A model generated the notes under the pieces. It was not told where the DNA came from and searched no databases. It worked only from the letters and a program-made list of their open reading frames with translations. From a virus (lineage: Duplodnaviria; Caudoviricetes), in IMG/VR virus record IMGVR_UViG_3300012948_000011, positions 1-34,032 of that record: a DNA stretch of 34,032 bases, one strand, 5' to 3'. Of the stretch, positions 1 through 5,896 are shown one piece after another; position 1 is the first letter of the stretch, and each line of letters starts with the position of its first letter. Made by a program: the position numbers and the translations under genes.

Positions 1-36
1 CCATAGCCGCACGTGGCGGGTCATGTCGTTCCGCAT
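1..36 (-). CDS. 5' part of a hypothetical protein (MRNDMTRHVRLW...), runs off the window edge
   Basis: ATG at 36 is preceded by the same TCACCTTTCCAGAGG leader as the neighbouring genes; the frame stays open to the window edge. Confidence 0.6.
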   Translation of the reverse strand, partial: MRNDMTRHVRLW

Positions 37-45
37 TTTCGCTAA

Positions 46-61
46 CCTCTGGAAAGGTGAT
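46..61 (-). promoter_or_regulatory. Conserved 5'-UTR motif ATCACCTTTCCAGAGG (copy 1)
   Basis: Identical 16-mer at 470-485; related copies at 1045-1056, 1874-1883 and 29126-29140, each shortly upstream of an ATG. Confidence 0.75.
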
Positions 62-62
62 G

Positions 63-78
63 GGTTACAACTCAAACC
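63..78. promoter_or_regulatory. Operator-like palindrome GGTT-N8-AACC (GGTTACAACTCAAACC)
   Basis: One of eight intergenic copies found by eye. Confidence 0.6.
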
Positions 79-91
79 TATTCGGTGGTAC

Positions 92-118
92 ACCCCAGCG
101 CAACGGTAGCGCTGGGGT
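92..118. other. 10-bp GC-rich stem-loop (ACCCCAGCGC/GCGCTGGGGT)
   Basis: Perfect inverted repeat with a 7-nt loop between two co-oriented genes; no U-tract on either side. Confidence 0.6.
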
Positions 119-127
119 CTGACACTG

Positions 128-463
128 TCAGTCGTTCACGAGCGACAGCCGCAGCACCTTGCCGCGCGCGGTCTTGTAATCGCCGGACTGGAACTCGCTC
201 ATCGGCACTAGCTCGCCCGTTGACTCTAGTTCGCCATCGGCTCCGGGCTTCGTTATCCACATCGGCCGGTAGTTCTCAATGGTGTACGTCGCCGACATCG
301 GCAGATCCACGCGACACGTCCACACGTAGGTACCGCCTTGCTCGCCATCGCCCAGCTTGTAGCCATCGGCTTTCGTGTTCGCGAGGGCCTTCTTGATCGC
401 TTCAACGCGCGTCGGCCCAACAACCCAGTTGGTCGCCGTTGATGCGTAATAGTGGTGATTCAT
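128..463 (-). CDS. Hypothetical phage early protein (111 aa)
   Basis: ATG with GAGG and the conserved leader motif; fills the space between two structured spacers. Confidence 0.8.
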   Translation of the reverse strand: MNHHYYASTATNWVVGPTRVEAIKKALANTKADGYKLGDGEQGGTYVWTCRVDLPMSATYTIENYRPMWITKPGADGELESTGELVPMSEFQSGDYKTARGKVLRLSLVND

Positions 464-469
464 GCTTTG

Positions 470-485
470 CCTCTGGAAAGGTGAT
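470..485 (-). promoter_or_regulatory. Conserved 5'-UTR motif ATCACCTTTCCAGAGG (copy 2)
   Basis: Identical to 46-61; lies between the twister and the ATG at 463. Confidence 0.75.
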
Positions 486-539
486 GTCTGGACTTGGGAC
501 CAGACCTGTGCATTAGACGGGTTTCCCCGTCCCCTCTGC
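486..539 (-). ncRNA. Twister self-cleaving ribozyme, circularly permuted (P1 closed by GAAA; type-P5-like)
   Basis: Minus strand reads GCA GAGGG GACGGG-GAAA-CCCGTC TAA TGC AC AG GTCTGG TCCCAAGT CCAGAC: P2 GCA/TGC, P1 hairpin, UAA cleavage loop, P4 GTCTGG/CCAGAC, T1 CCC/GGG, T2 AC/GT; predicted cut U/A between 515 and 514. Confidence 0.88.
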
Positions 540-841
540 TAGAATGGTAGATCGTCCCCGCGCTCATTGTTCGCGTCGGTTGACCAGTAGAACGGCAAGC
601 GAGGTCCCCAACGCATTGGGTCGCGCTCCGGCCGATTGTCCACGATACGAACGTCCACCTCGTACCAGGAATAGTCTTCGCCGTCCTCGCCGATCGATCG
701 CCGCAACAGCACATCCAACCATGCGCGCGTTTCTGCGTGGTAGGTCTCGGCGAGCCAATACCCTGCGATCTCATCGCGCGGCCCATACGTCGCCGCCCAA
801 ACCGTCGCCGTGAATCGCGGCCGGAAATCTAGGACGCGCAT
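539..841 (-). CDS. Hypothetical protein (100 aa) ending in an SSB-like DDLPF tail
   Basis: Start overlaps the upstream stop (TGATG); stop codon abuts the twister. Confidence 0.75.
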   Translation of the reverse strand: MRVLDFRPRFTATVWAATYGPRDEIAGYWLAETYHAETRAWLDVLLRRSIGEDGEDYSWYEVDVRIVDNRPERDPMRWGPRLPFYWSTDANNERGDDLPF

Positions 842-1035
842 CAGAGCGACCCCCCACGAACGTCGTCGTCTTCCGCGCGTTCGGCCAGTAACGCTTCGAT
901 CCGTTCAAGCCGCTCTAGGATCCGACGCTGAACGTTCGGCAACGTCCGCCGCGGTGTGATCGGTTCGGTGATCTCGATCCGAATCGCTTGCACATGTCTG
1001 AGGATGTGCCCTTTCGGGCATTGGCTCCTGGCCAT
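841..1035 (-). CDS. Hypothetical protein (64 aa)
   Basis: AGGAG RBS plus leader motif; coupled to the downstream ORF. Confidence 0.7.
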   Translation of the reverse strand: MARSQCPKGHILRHVQAIRIEITEPITPRRTLPNVQRRILERLERIEALLAERAEDDDVRGGSL

Positions 1036-1044
1036 TGTTCGCTC

Positions 1045-1056
1045 CTGGAAAGGTGA
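1045..1056 (-). promoter_or_regulatory. Conserved 5'-UTR motif TCACCTTTCCAG (copy 3)
   Basis: Between the hammerhead and the RBS of the ATG at 1035. Confidence 0.75.
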
Positions 1057-1061
1057 CTTTC

Positions 1062-1113
1062 GGACTCATCAGTACCCGCATTACGGGTAGACCGGCCGAA
1101 GCCGGTTTCGTCC
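1062..1113 (-). ncRNA. Type II hammerhead ribozyme
   Basis: Minus strand reads GGAC GAAA CCGGC-TTCG-GCCGG TC TACCCGT-AAT-GCGGGTA CTGATGA GTCC: canonical CUGAUGA and GAAA core, GUC site, all three stems; predicted cut between 1090 and 1089. Confidence 0.95.
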
Positions 1114-1863
1114 TTACGCGAGCACCGCTAGTGCCCGCCTGTTGAAATGCTTCGCCCCCGAACCGTGCACATCAATCACGATCCGCGCGCCCTTGCCCGA
1201 ACACGCGAGACACGTCGCACACGTCACTGAACCCGGGTTCGCATCGGCCGGACAGTACGTTTCGCCGTCCAACATCCTGTCCCCCGGCGCCTTCACTCGG
1301 AAATATCCCAGTCCGAGCGCAACCGCCTTCTCTGCGTCCGCCTCGCTATCGCACGACGCCTGCACATGTCGCGTCACACCACGCAAGCGAGCCGCTTTCC
1401 ACTGATGCGTATAGCCAGTGTGACCGGCCGCCCGCTCTAGCACCGCGTCCCAGATCTCGCCAGGAACCGCAGCAGGATCCCCGTACGCGCCCAACCGCAC
1501 GAGACGACCAGCGAACAACTCGCCTAGTTCGCCAAGAGCCGCGACCACATACGCGCCACGCTGCCACGCGCGAAAGATCCCCTGCGGCGCCTGCCCTACG
1601 TTCACGTAGCACGTCCGCCCACCGTCAACCTGCTTGCGGTGCGGACACCCGCCACAGATCCCAGCGTCCGCGCGAGCGCCTACCGCTTCCGTTGGCAGCA
1701 TGTCCGCACGAAGGATCCAAACCTGGACCATGGGACCCGTCTTGCGATTGTCTGACTCTCGACGCAACCCGGTCGCTATCACAACAATCGGTGTCCGGCC
1801 GTCAATCTCCGAAACGCCACTGAACAGCACTACACTGTCCGCCTTGCTCAACTCGCTACGCAT
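1114..1863 (-). CDS. Cys-rich phage protein (249 aa), possibly metal or Fe-S binding
   Basis: Motifs NRKTGPM, ICGGCP, CYV, RLGAYGDP, GYTHQW, CPA and CATCLAC resemble a widespread uncharacterised phage family (from memory); bounded by two hammerheads. Confidence 0.85.
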   Translation of the reverse strand: MRSELSKADSVVLFSGVSEIDGRTPIVVIATGLRRESDNRKTGPMVQVWILRADMLPTEAVGARADAGICGGCPHRKQVDGGRTCYVNVGQAPQGIFRAWQRGAYVVAALGELGELFAGRLVRLGAYGDPAAVPGEIWDAVLERAAGHTGYTHQWKAARLRGVTRHVQASCDSEADAEKAVALGLGYFRVKAPGDRMLDGETYCPADANPGSVTCATCLACSGKGARIVIDVHGSGAKHFNRRALAVLA

Positions 1864-1873
1864 CTTCTCAACC

Positions 1874-1883
1874 CTGGAAAGGA
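1874..1883 (-). promoter_or_regulatory. Variant 5'-UTR motif TCCTTTCCAG (copy 4)
   Basis: Same position relative to ribozyme and ATG as the other copies. Confidence 0.65.
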
Positions 1884-1886
1884 TTT

Positions 1887-1940
1887 GGACTCATCGGTGC
1901 ACGCATCACGTGCAGACGGGCACTAACGCCCGTTTCGTCC
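1887..1940 (-). ncRNA. Type II hammerhead ribozyme, core variant CCGAUGA
   Basis: Minus strand reads GGAC GAAA CGGGCG-TTAG-TGCCCG TC TGCACGT-GAT-GCGTGCA CCGATGA GTCC; stems differ in sequence from 1062-1113 but keep their pairing; predicted cut between 1915 and 1914. Confidence 0.9.
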
Positions 1941-2085
1941 TTCGTCCGTAGCTCATCCGCTACGCTGGGACTGGCTAGGCCCTACTCGGTTGCCGTCTAC
2001 CGCGAGCGGCCCTTGGGCACGCTGTCCACGGACTGGCTAACCTTTCGTATGTACTTGGCTCAACCGATACCAGCCGAACCAACTA

Positions 2086-2101
2086 GGTTACGTTTCTAAC
2101 C
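2086..2101. promoter_or_regulatory. Operator-like palindrome GGTTACGTTTCTAACC
   Basis: Extended dyad TAGGTTA...TAACCTA; overlaps the candidate leftward -10. Confidence 0.7.
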
Positions 2102-2124
2102 TACCGGAAAATAAGAAGATGCAA
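2098..2124 (-). promoter_or_regulatory. Candidate leftward promoter (TTGCAT-N15-TAGGTT)
   Basis: AT-rich island upstream of the leftward operon, bracketed by two palindromes; the spacer is shorter than optimal. Confidence 0.3.
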
Positions 2125-2138
2125 GAGCGCGCGCAATA

Positions 2139-2154
2139 GGTTAAGAAAAAAACC
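2139..2154. promoter_or_regulatory. Operator-like palindrome GGTTAAGAAAAAAACC
   Basis: GGTT-N8-AACC with TA/CA flanks. Confidence 0.55.
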
Positions 2155-2559
2155 CAAAAGATTTTTGAGGGCCCGAAAGTCACGTAAAACGAAGCCAGGA
2201 AACGCGATCGGGAGACGTGATCCCATCACGGCCGCGCGTTCCGTTGAAGATTGCGTCCCCCAGATTGTCCCCCGCGCGCAAGCAGCTCGAGCGCCTAAGG
2301 ATATGGGGCGAAACGACTTAGGACCAGTCAACCTTCCGATAACGGATCGGACCGAACCTTGATTTGGCTTGGATCGTACGGCCGGATACAGACTCGACAG
2401 TGGTCCGGCGTTCGTATCCGTGCGTACGCAGCGACGGCGAGCGCGGCGCAGAGGCGCACAGGGGGCCGCGAGGCCCTAGATCGGGGGTTCCGGGTGGTTT
2501 GATCTCGCGGTGCCGGGTCCTGGCCGGGCTCTTCCCCGCTGAGGAATTGTTCTCGTGTG

Positions 2560-2575
2560 GGTTTGGGGATTAACC
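2560..2575. promoter_or_regulatory. Operator-like palindrome GGTTTGGGGATTAACC
   Basis: GGTT-N8-AACC with TG/TA flanks. Confidence 0.55.
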
Positions 2576-2652
2576 TACTGGCGCGTTAGTGTTCTCACAT
2601 TCTCGGGAAAGTATGAAGCTCAGGCTGCTTTTTCGTAGCAGTATGGCGCCAG

Positions 2653-2668
2653 GGTTACGGTCTGAACC
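2653..2668. promoter_or_regulatory. Operator-like palindrome GGTTACGGTCTGAACC
   Basis: Just upstream of a -10-like TACTGT (2673-2678) ahead of the rightward operon. Confidence 0.6.
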
Positions 2669-2724
2669 TATGTACTGTTCACTGACAAGTTGCTAACTGT
2701 ATTAGTGGGTGTACCGTGCCGGCC

Positions 2725-2997
2725 ATGTGGAAGCCGAATGCGGATGCGATCCGGCGGGACATGGAGCTAGCGGCGGCTGCGCGTGCGCGTGGGGAGAAGT
2801 GGTGTTGGCGGTGTGCGCGGTTGCAGGAGCAGGGGGTGGGGCCGTTGTGTGAGGAGCATTTGGCTGGTCCGCCGGTTCCCAAGCTGACGCGGAAGGAGCG
2901 GAATGCGGCGCGGCGTCGGGCGATCCAGGAGATGAAGGTGGTGGAGCAGCAGGCGGTGCTGGAGCGGATCCGGGCGAGGCAGGCGGGTGGGCCATGA
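2725..2997 (+). CDS. Hypothetical protein with a CxxC..CxxH zinc-finger-like motif
   Basis: First of a chain of ATGA-coupled ORFs; start could be GTG 2716 or ATG 2725. Confidence 0.65.
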   Translation: MWKPNADAIRRDMELAAAARARGEKWCWRCARLQEQGVGPLCEEHLAGPPVPKLTRKERNAARRRAIQEMKVVEQQAVLERIRARQAGGP

Positions 2998-3317
2998 CGC
3001 TCGAGCAGGCGTTGCAGCTGCAGAAGGGTGATCACGTGATTCATCGGGCGACGGCGGTGTCGTGGCAGCCGATGCCGGTGACGGAGGTGTGGATCAACCC
3101 GACGCGGACGATCGTCCGGTTCCTCGCCAACAAGATCAAGAAGGATCACTGGTTCGATCCTGTTGAGGGTGGCTTCGAGCTGCCGGAGAAGGGGAAGGTG
3201 TGGTGTGATCTGCCGAGGCATCTCCGGTGGGAGTGGTCAGCCGATCATCGGCGTGATCATCCCGAGTACTACCACGCCAAGCGGAAGGCCGTGGCTCGGT
3301 CGCGAGGGGCGCGATGA
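2994..3317 (+). CDS. Hypothetical protein (107 aa)
   Basis: ATGA overlaps at both ends. Confidence 0.75.
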   Translation: MTLEQALQLQKGDHVIHRATAVSWQPMPVTEVWINPTRTIVRFLANKIKKDHWFDPVEGGFELPEKGKVWCDLPRHLRWEWSADHRRDHPEYYHAKRKAVARSRGAR

Positions 3318-3775
3318 GAGCCAAGCGATTGCAGCTCCGGCGGCAGATCCGGGCGGGCGAACGTGAGCCGCTACAGGAGGCGGTGCTCGAGCTGATCGCC
3401 GAGGGGCTGACGGTCACGCGTGCGGCCCAGGAGCTGGGCATCACGAAGCAGATCGTGGTGCACTGGCAGGCGGATCCCGCCTTCGCCGAGCGATATAAGG
3501 AAGCGCGGCTACAGCAGGCGCATGCGCTGGCCGATCGGATGCTCGAGATCGCCGAGGAGCCGGTGACGACGATGGTCGAGGTGAAGCGGAACGAGCTGCG
3601 GGTCGAGACGACGAAGTGGCTGATCTCGAAGGTCGCGCCGGCCCATTACGGCGAGAAGGTGCGCCATGATCACACGCTCTTGCGAGGCGTCGTCATCCTG
3701 CCGGCGCTGAACTACGCCGAGCAGCCGATCGCCGCGCTCGAGCCGGGAGAGATCGGCACACTGCCGGACGGATGA
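3314..3775 (+). CDS. terS: Terminase small subunit (Sf6 gp1-like)
   Basis: N-terminal HTH, F.ERY.EAR, and LRVETTKWLISKVAPAHYGEKV typical of this TerS family; upstream of TerL. Confidence 0.85.
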   Translation: MRAKRLQLRRQIRAGEREPLQEAVLELIAEGLTVTRAAQELGITKQIVVHWQADPAFAERYKEARLQQAHALADRMLEIAEEPVTTMVEVKRNELRVETTKWLISKVAPAHYGEKVRHDHTLLRGVVILPALNYAEQPIAALEPGEIGTLPDG

Positions 3776-3990
3776 CCGAGATCCCGTTGGATGTGCTCAA
3801 ACTGCTCCGCGCTGATGCCAGAACCACGCAGTGGAATCTCCATAACCACCTGCACGATGAGACGATCGATCGTGCCATGAAGGGCGTCGTCAAACGCGTG
3901 GAACGCCTGATCACCGTGGCCCAGGATCGGGACGAGAAACGCCTCACGATGGAGGAGATCGAAGCCGATGGATATGAACGCGAACCATAA
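3772..3990 (+). CDS. Hypothetical protein (72 aa)
   Basis: ATGA-coupled to terS. Confidence 0.7.
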   Translation: MTEIPLDVLKLLRADARTTQWNLHNHLHDETIDRAMKGVVKRVERLITVAQDRDEKRLTMEEIEADGYEREP

Positions 3991-4429
3991 GGACTTTCTC
4001 AACGCCATGGCTGAAGACGCCGAGGACCGGGACTATCAGGACCAGCTCCGCGACTGCCTCATGCGCTTCTCGACGTTCATGCATGACATGCCGCACGAGG
4101 CGCAGATCGACGCCTTCCATGATCTCCGGCGGTTCACCAACGCCATGCAGAAGATGCGCGTGGCCCTCCTGCAGATGACCGAACCGGCCGGCGATCACGA
4201 GACCGACGACATGATCCGCCAGGTCCTCGCGCGGCTCGAACACTATCAGATGAGTGCCTTCGTCGTCGTACGCGGCGAGATCCAAGCCAAGATGGTAGAC
4301 CCGGCCTTCCTCAAGTGGTGCAGCGAGATCCGCGCGAAGGAACGCGCCGAATGGCGGGAGCGCGTCGAGCAGGCCGACCAAACACTCGGCGACTGGAAGG
4401 ATGCCCAAGACGACTCCGACCCCTACTGA
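3968..4429 (+). CDS. Hypothetical protein (about 150 aa)
   Basis: GGAGGAG upstream; operon context. Confidence 0.75.
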   Translation: MDMNANHKDFLNAMAEDAEDRDYQDQLRDCLMRFSTFMHDMPHEAQIDAFHDLRRFTNAMQKMRVALLQMTEPAGDHETDDMIRQVLARLEHYQMSAFVVVRGEIQAKMVDPAFLKWCSEIRAKERAEWRERVEQADQTLGDWKDAQDDSDPY

Positions 4430-4451
4430 GGCCTTTACCGAGGAGGGCACG

Positions 4452-4628
4452 ATGACGCTGCTCGGACTCATTGTCGCCATCTGCATCATCCTGCTCGTGC
4501 TCTGGATCGTGAAGATGTACATGCCCCAGCCATGGCAAACGCCGACGCTCGTCATCGTCGTGCTCCTCGCCATCCTCTTCCTCATCGCGCAGCTCTGGCC
4601 GGCGGCCGCGAACATGAGGGTTCGCTAA
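4452..4628 (+). CDS. Small two-TM membrane protein (58 aa), holin candidate
   Basis: GAGGAGGG RBS before ATG 4452; two hydrophobic helices separated by MPQPWQ. Confidence 0.7.
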   Translation: MTLLGLIVAICIILLVLWIVKMYMPQPWQTPTLVIVVLLAILFLIAQLWPAAANMRVR

Positions 4629-4837
4629 TGCGGCGAGGCACCCAGATCGCGCGCGTCTACACCGTCCTGCTCGATGGCGACTGGCACACGCTGGGCAACA
4701 TCGCCGAGCGCACAGGCGATCCCGAGCCCTCGATCAGCGCCCAGATCCGCCATCTCCGCAAAGACCGCTTCGGCAACCACATCATCGAATACCGCCACGT
4801 CCAACACGGTCTGTGGGAATACCGACTCGTCCGATGA
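4628..4837 (+). CDS. Winged-HTH DNA-binding protein (paralogue A)
   Basis: TAATG coupling; DGDWHTLGNIAERTGDPEPSISAQIRHLRK. Confidence 0.75.
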   Translation: MRRGTQIARVYTVLLDGDWHTLGNIAERTGDPEPSISAQIRHLRKDRFGNHIIEYRHVQHGLWEYRLVR

Positions 4838-5184
4838 GAAAACCACCGCCACCGCCCCCAGGGCCCGATCCGTACCAGCGCGACCTGTTCGCGCAGAACG
4901 ACATGTATTTCGATGGCAAGACGTACGAGCACGAGCGGGATTCCGGCCGGCTCTCGAAGCAAATGAAGCGCATCTTCGCCGTGATGCTGGACGGCCAGTG
5001 GCGCACCCTCGACCAGATCGCCCAGCTGACCGGCGACCCCACGGCGTCGATCAGCGCCCGGCTCCGCGATCTCCGCAAACCGCGATTCGGCCGGTATACC
5101 ATGAGCAAGCGCCACGTCGGGCCGCCCGAGGATGGCCTCTACGAATATCGAGTGTTGGTGAATGACAAAATTCAAACGGGATGA
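4834..5184 (+). CDS. Winged-HTH DNA-binding protein (paralogue B)
   Basis: ATGA coupling; DGQWRTLDQIAQLTGDPTASISARLRDLRK. Confidence 0.8.
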   Translation: MRKPPPPPPGPDPYQRDLFAQNDMYFDGKTYEHERDSGRLSKQMKRIFAVMLDGQWRTLDQIAQLTGDPTASISARLRDLRKPRFGRYTMSKRHVGPPEDGLYEYRVLVNDKIQTG

Positions 5185-5461
5185 TGGCCACAGTATGGAC
5201 TCTCCGGTGTCCGCGATCATGCCGTCCGGAAGCCCCGTGCTCTATCCGCGTTTACCGTTCTCGAAAGAGGCGGAAGCACCGCCACCGCCCGAAGTTCGGA
5301 TTGGCAAAGACCGCTTCCGGGTCACCTTGGACGGCGTCGTCGTCTACTTCGATGAATGGAGCGAGAGCTGGAAAGTCTCCATCTACCAGAAGGGCATCAT
5401 CGCCCCGCTCTATAAGCTGCTGGTAGACGCCTACCACGCCACCCGCCGCCACCGCCGATAG
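5162..5461 (+). CDS. Hypothetical protein
   Basis: Operon context; start uncertain. Confidence 0.65.
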   Translation: MTKFKRDDGHSMDSPVSAIMPSGSPVLYPRLPFSKEAEAPPPPEVRIGKDRFRVTLDGVVVYFDEWSESWKVSIYQKGIIAPLYKLLVDAYHATRRHRR

Positions 5462-5464
5462 CGT

Positions 5465-5896
5465 ATGCCACCCCTCCGCCCTCCGCCGAAAGACCAACCG
5501 AAAGGCACGCCGAACACACGGCCCGACGGCACGATCTGGGGCGACAGCATGAGCGATCTCTTCACCCCAAACACGTTCCGGACCGGCGCGGCGGAATTGG
5601 AAACGCGCGCCACCGCCGCCGATCCGCTCCGCTTCGAGATGGAGGCGTACGACGAGGCGTTGCGCGATCTCCAAGGTCAGCTCCCCGGACCGTCGTGGGC
5701 GCGCCAGTATCCGATCTATCTGCGCCCGATCCGCCACGTCGAGCGCCCGATCCAGCTCGTGCTCGAAGACCGCACCCATCGCCGTCCCGTCGCGATCGAT
5801 CCCGACCTCGAGCTGCCCGCCGACACGCCGATCGATGCCGAAGCGTTCGCATTCATCGATGCCTTCGTCGCCAAGCTGGATGTGTTCCAGACATGA
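5465..5896 (+). CDS. Hypothetical protein (143 aa)
   Basis: Stop overlaps the TerL ATG. Confidence 0.7.
   Translation: MPPLRPPPKDQPKGTPNTRPDGTIWGDSMSDLFTPNTFRTGAAELETRATAADPLRFEMEAYDEALRDLQGQLPGPSWARQYPIYLRPIRHVERPIQLVLEDRTHRRPVAIDPDLELPADTPIDAEAFAFIDAFVAKLDVFQT

Noticed and set aside
92-118. Rho-independent terminator
   Set aside because: Strong stem but no U-tract on either strand; kept as an unclassified hairpin.
46-1883. CRISPR array formed by the repeated CTGGAAAGG motif
   Set aside because: Repeats are only 10-16 bp, separated by whole genes, and no cas genes are present.
2101-2573. Short ORFs in the divergent region
   Set aside because: Non-ATG starts, no RBS, and overlap with operator-like sites; more consistent with non-coding control DNA.
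5695-5892. N-terminal extension of TerL given in the ORF track
   Set aside because: It overlaps the upstream gene; ATG 5893 is ATGA-coupled and directly precedes the first TerL motif.
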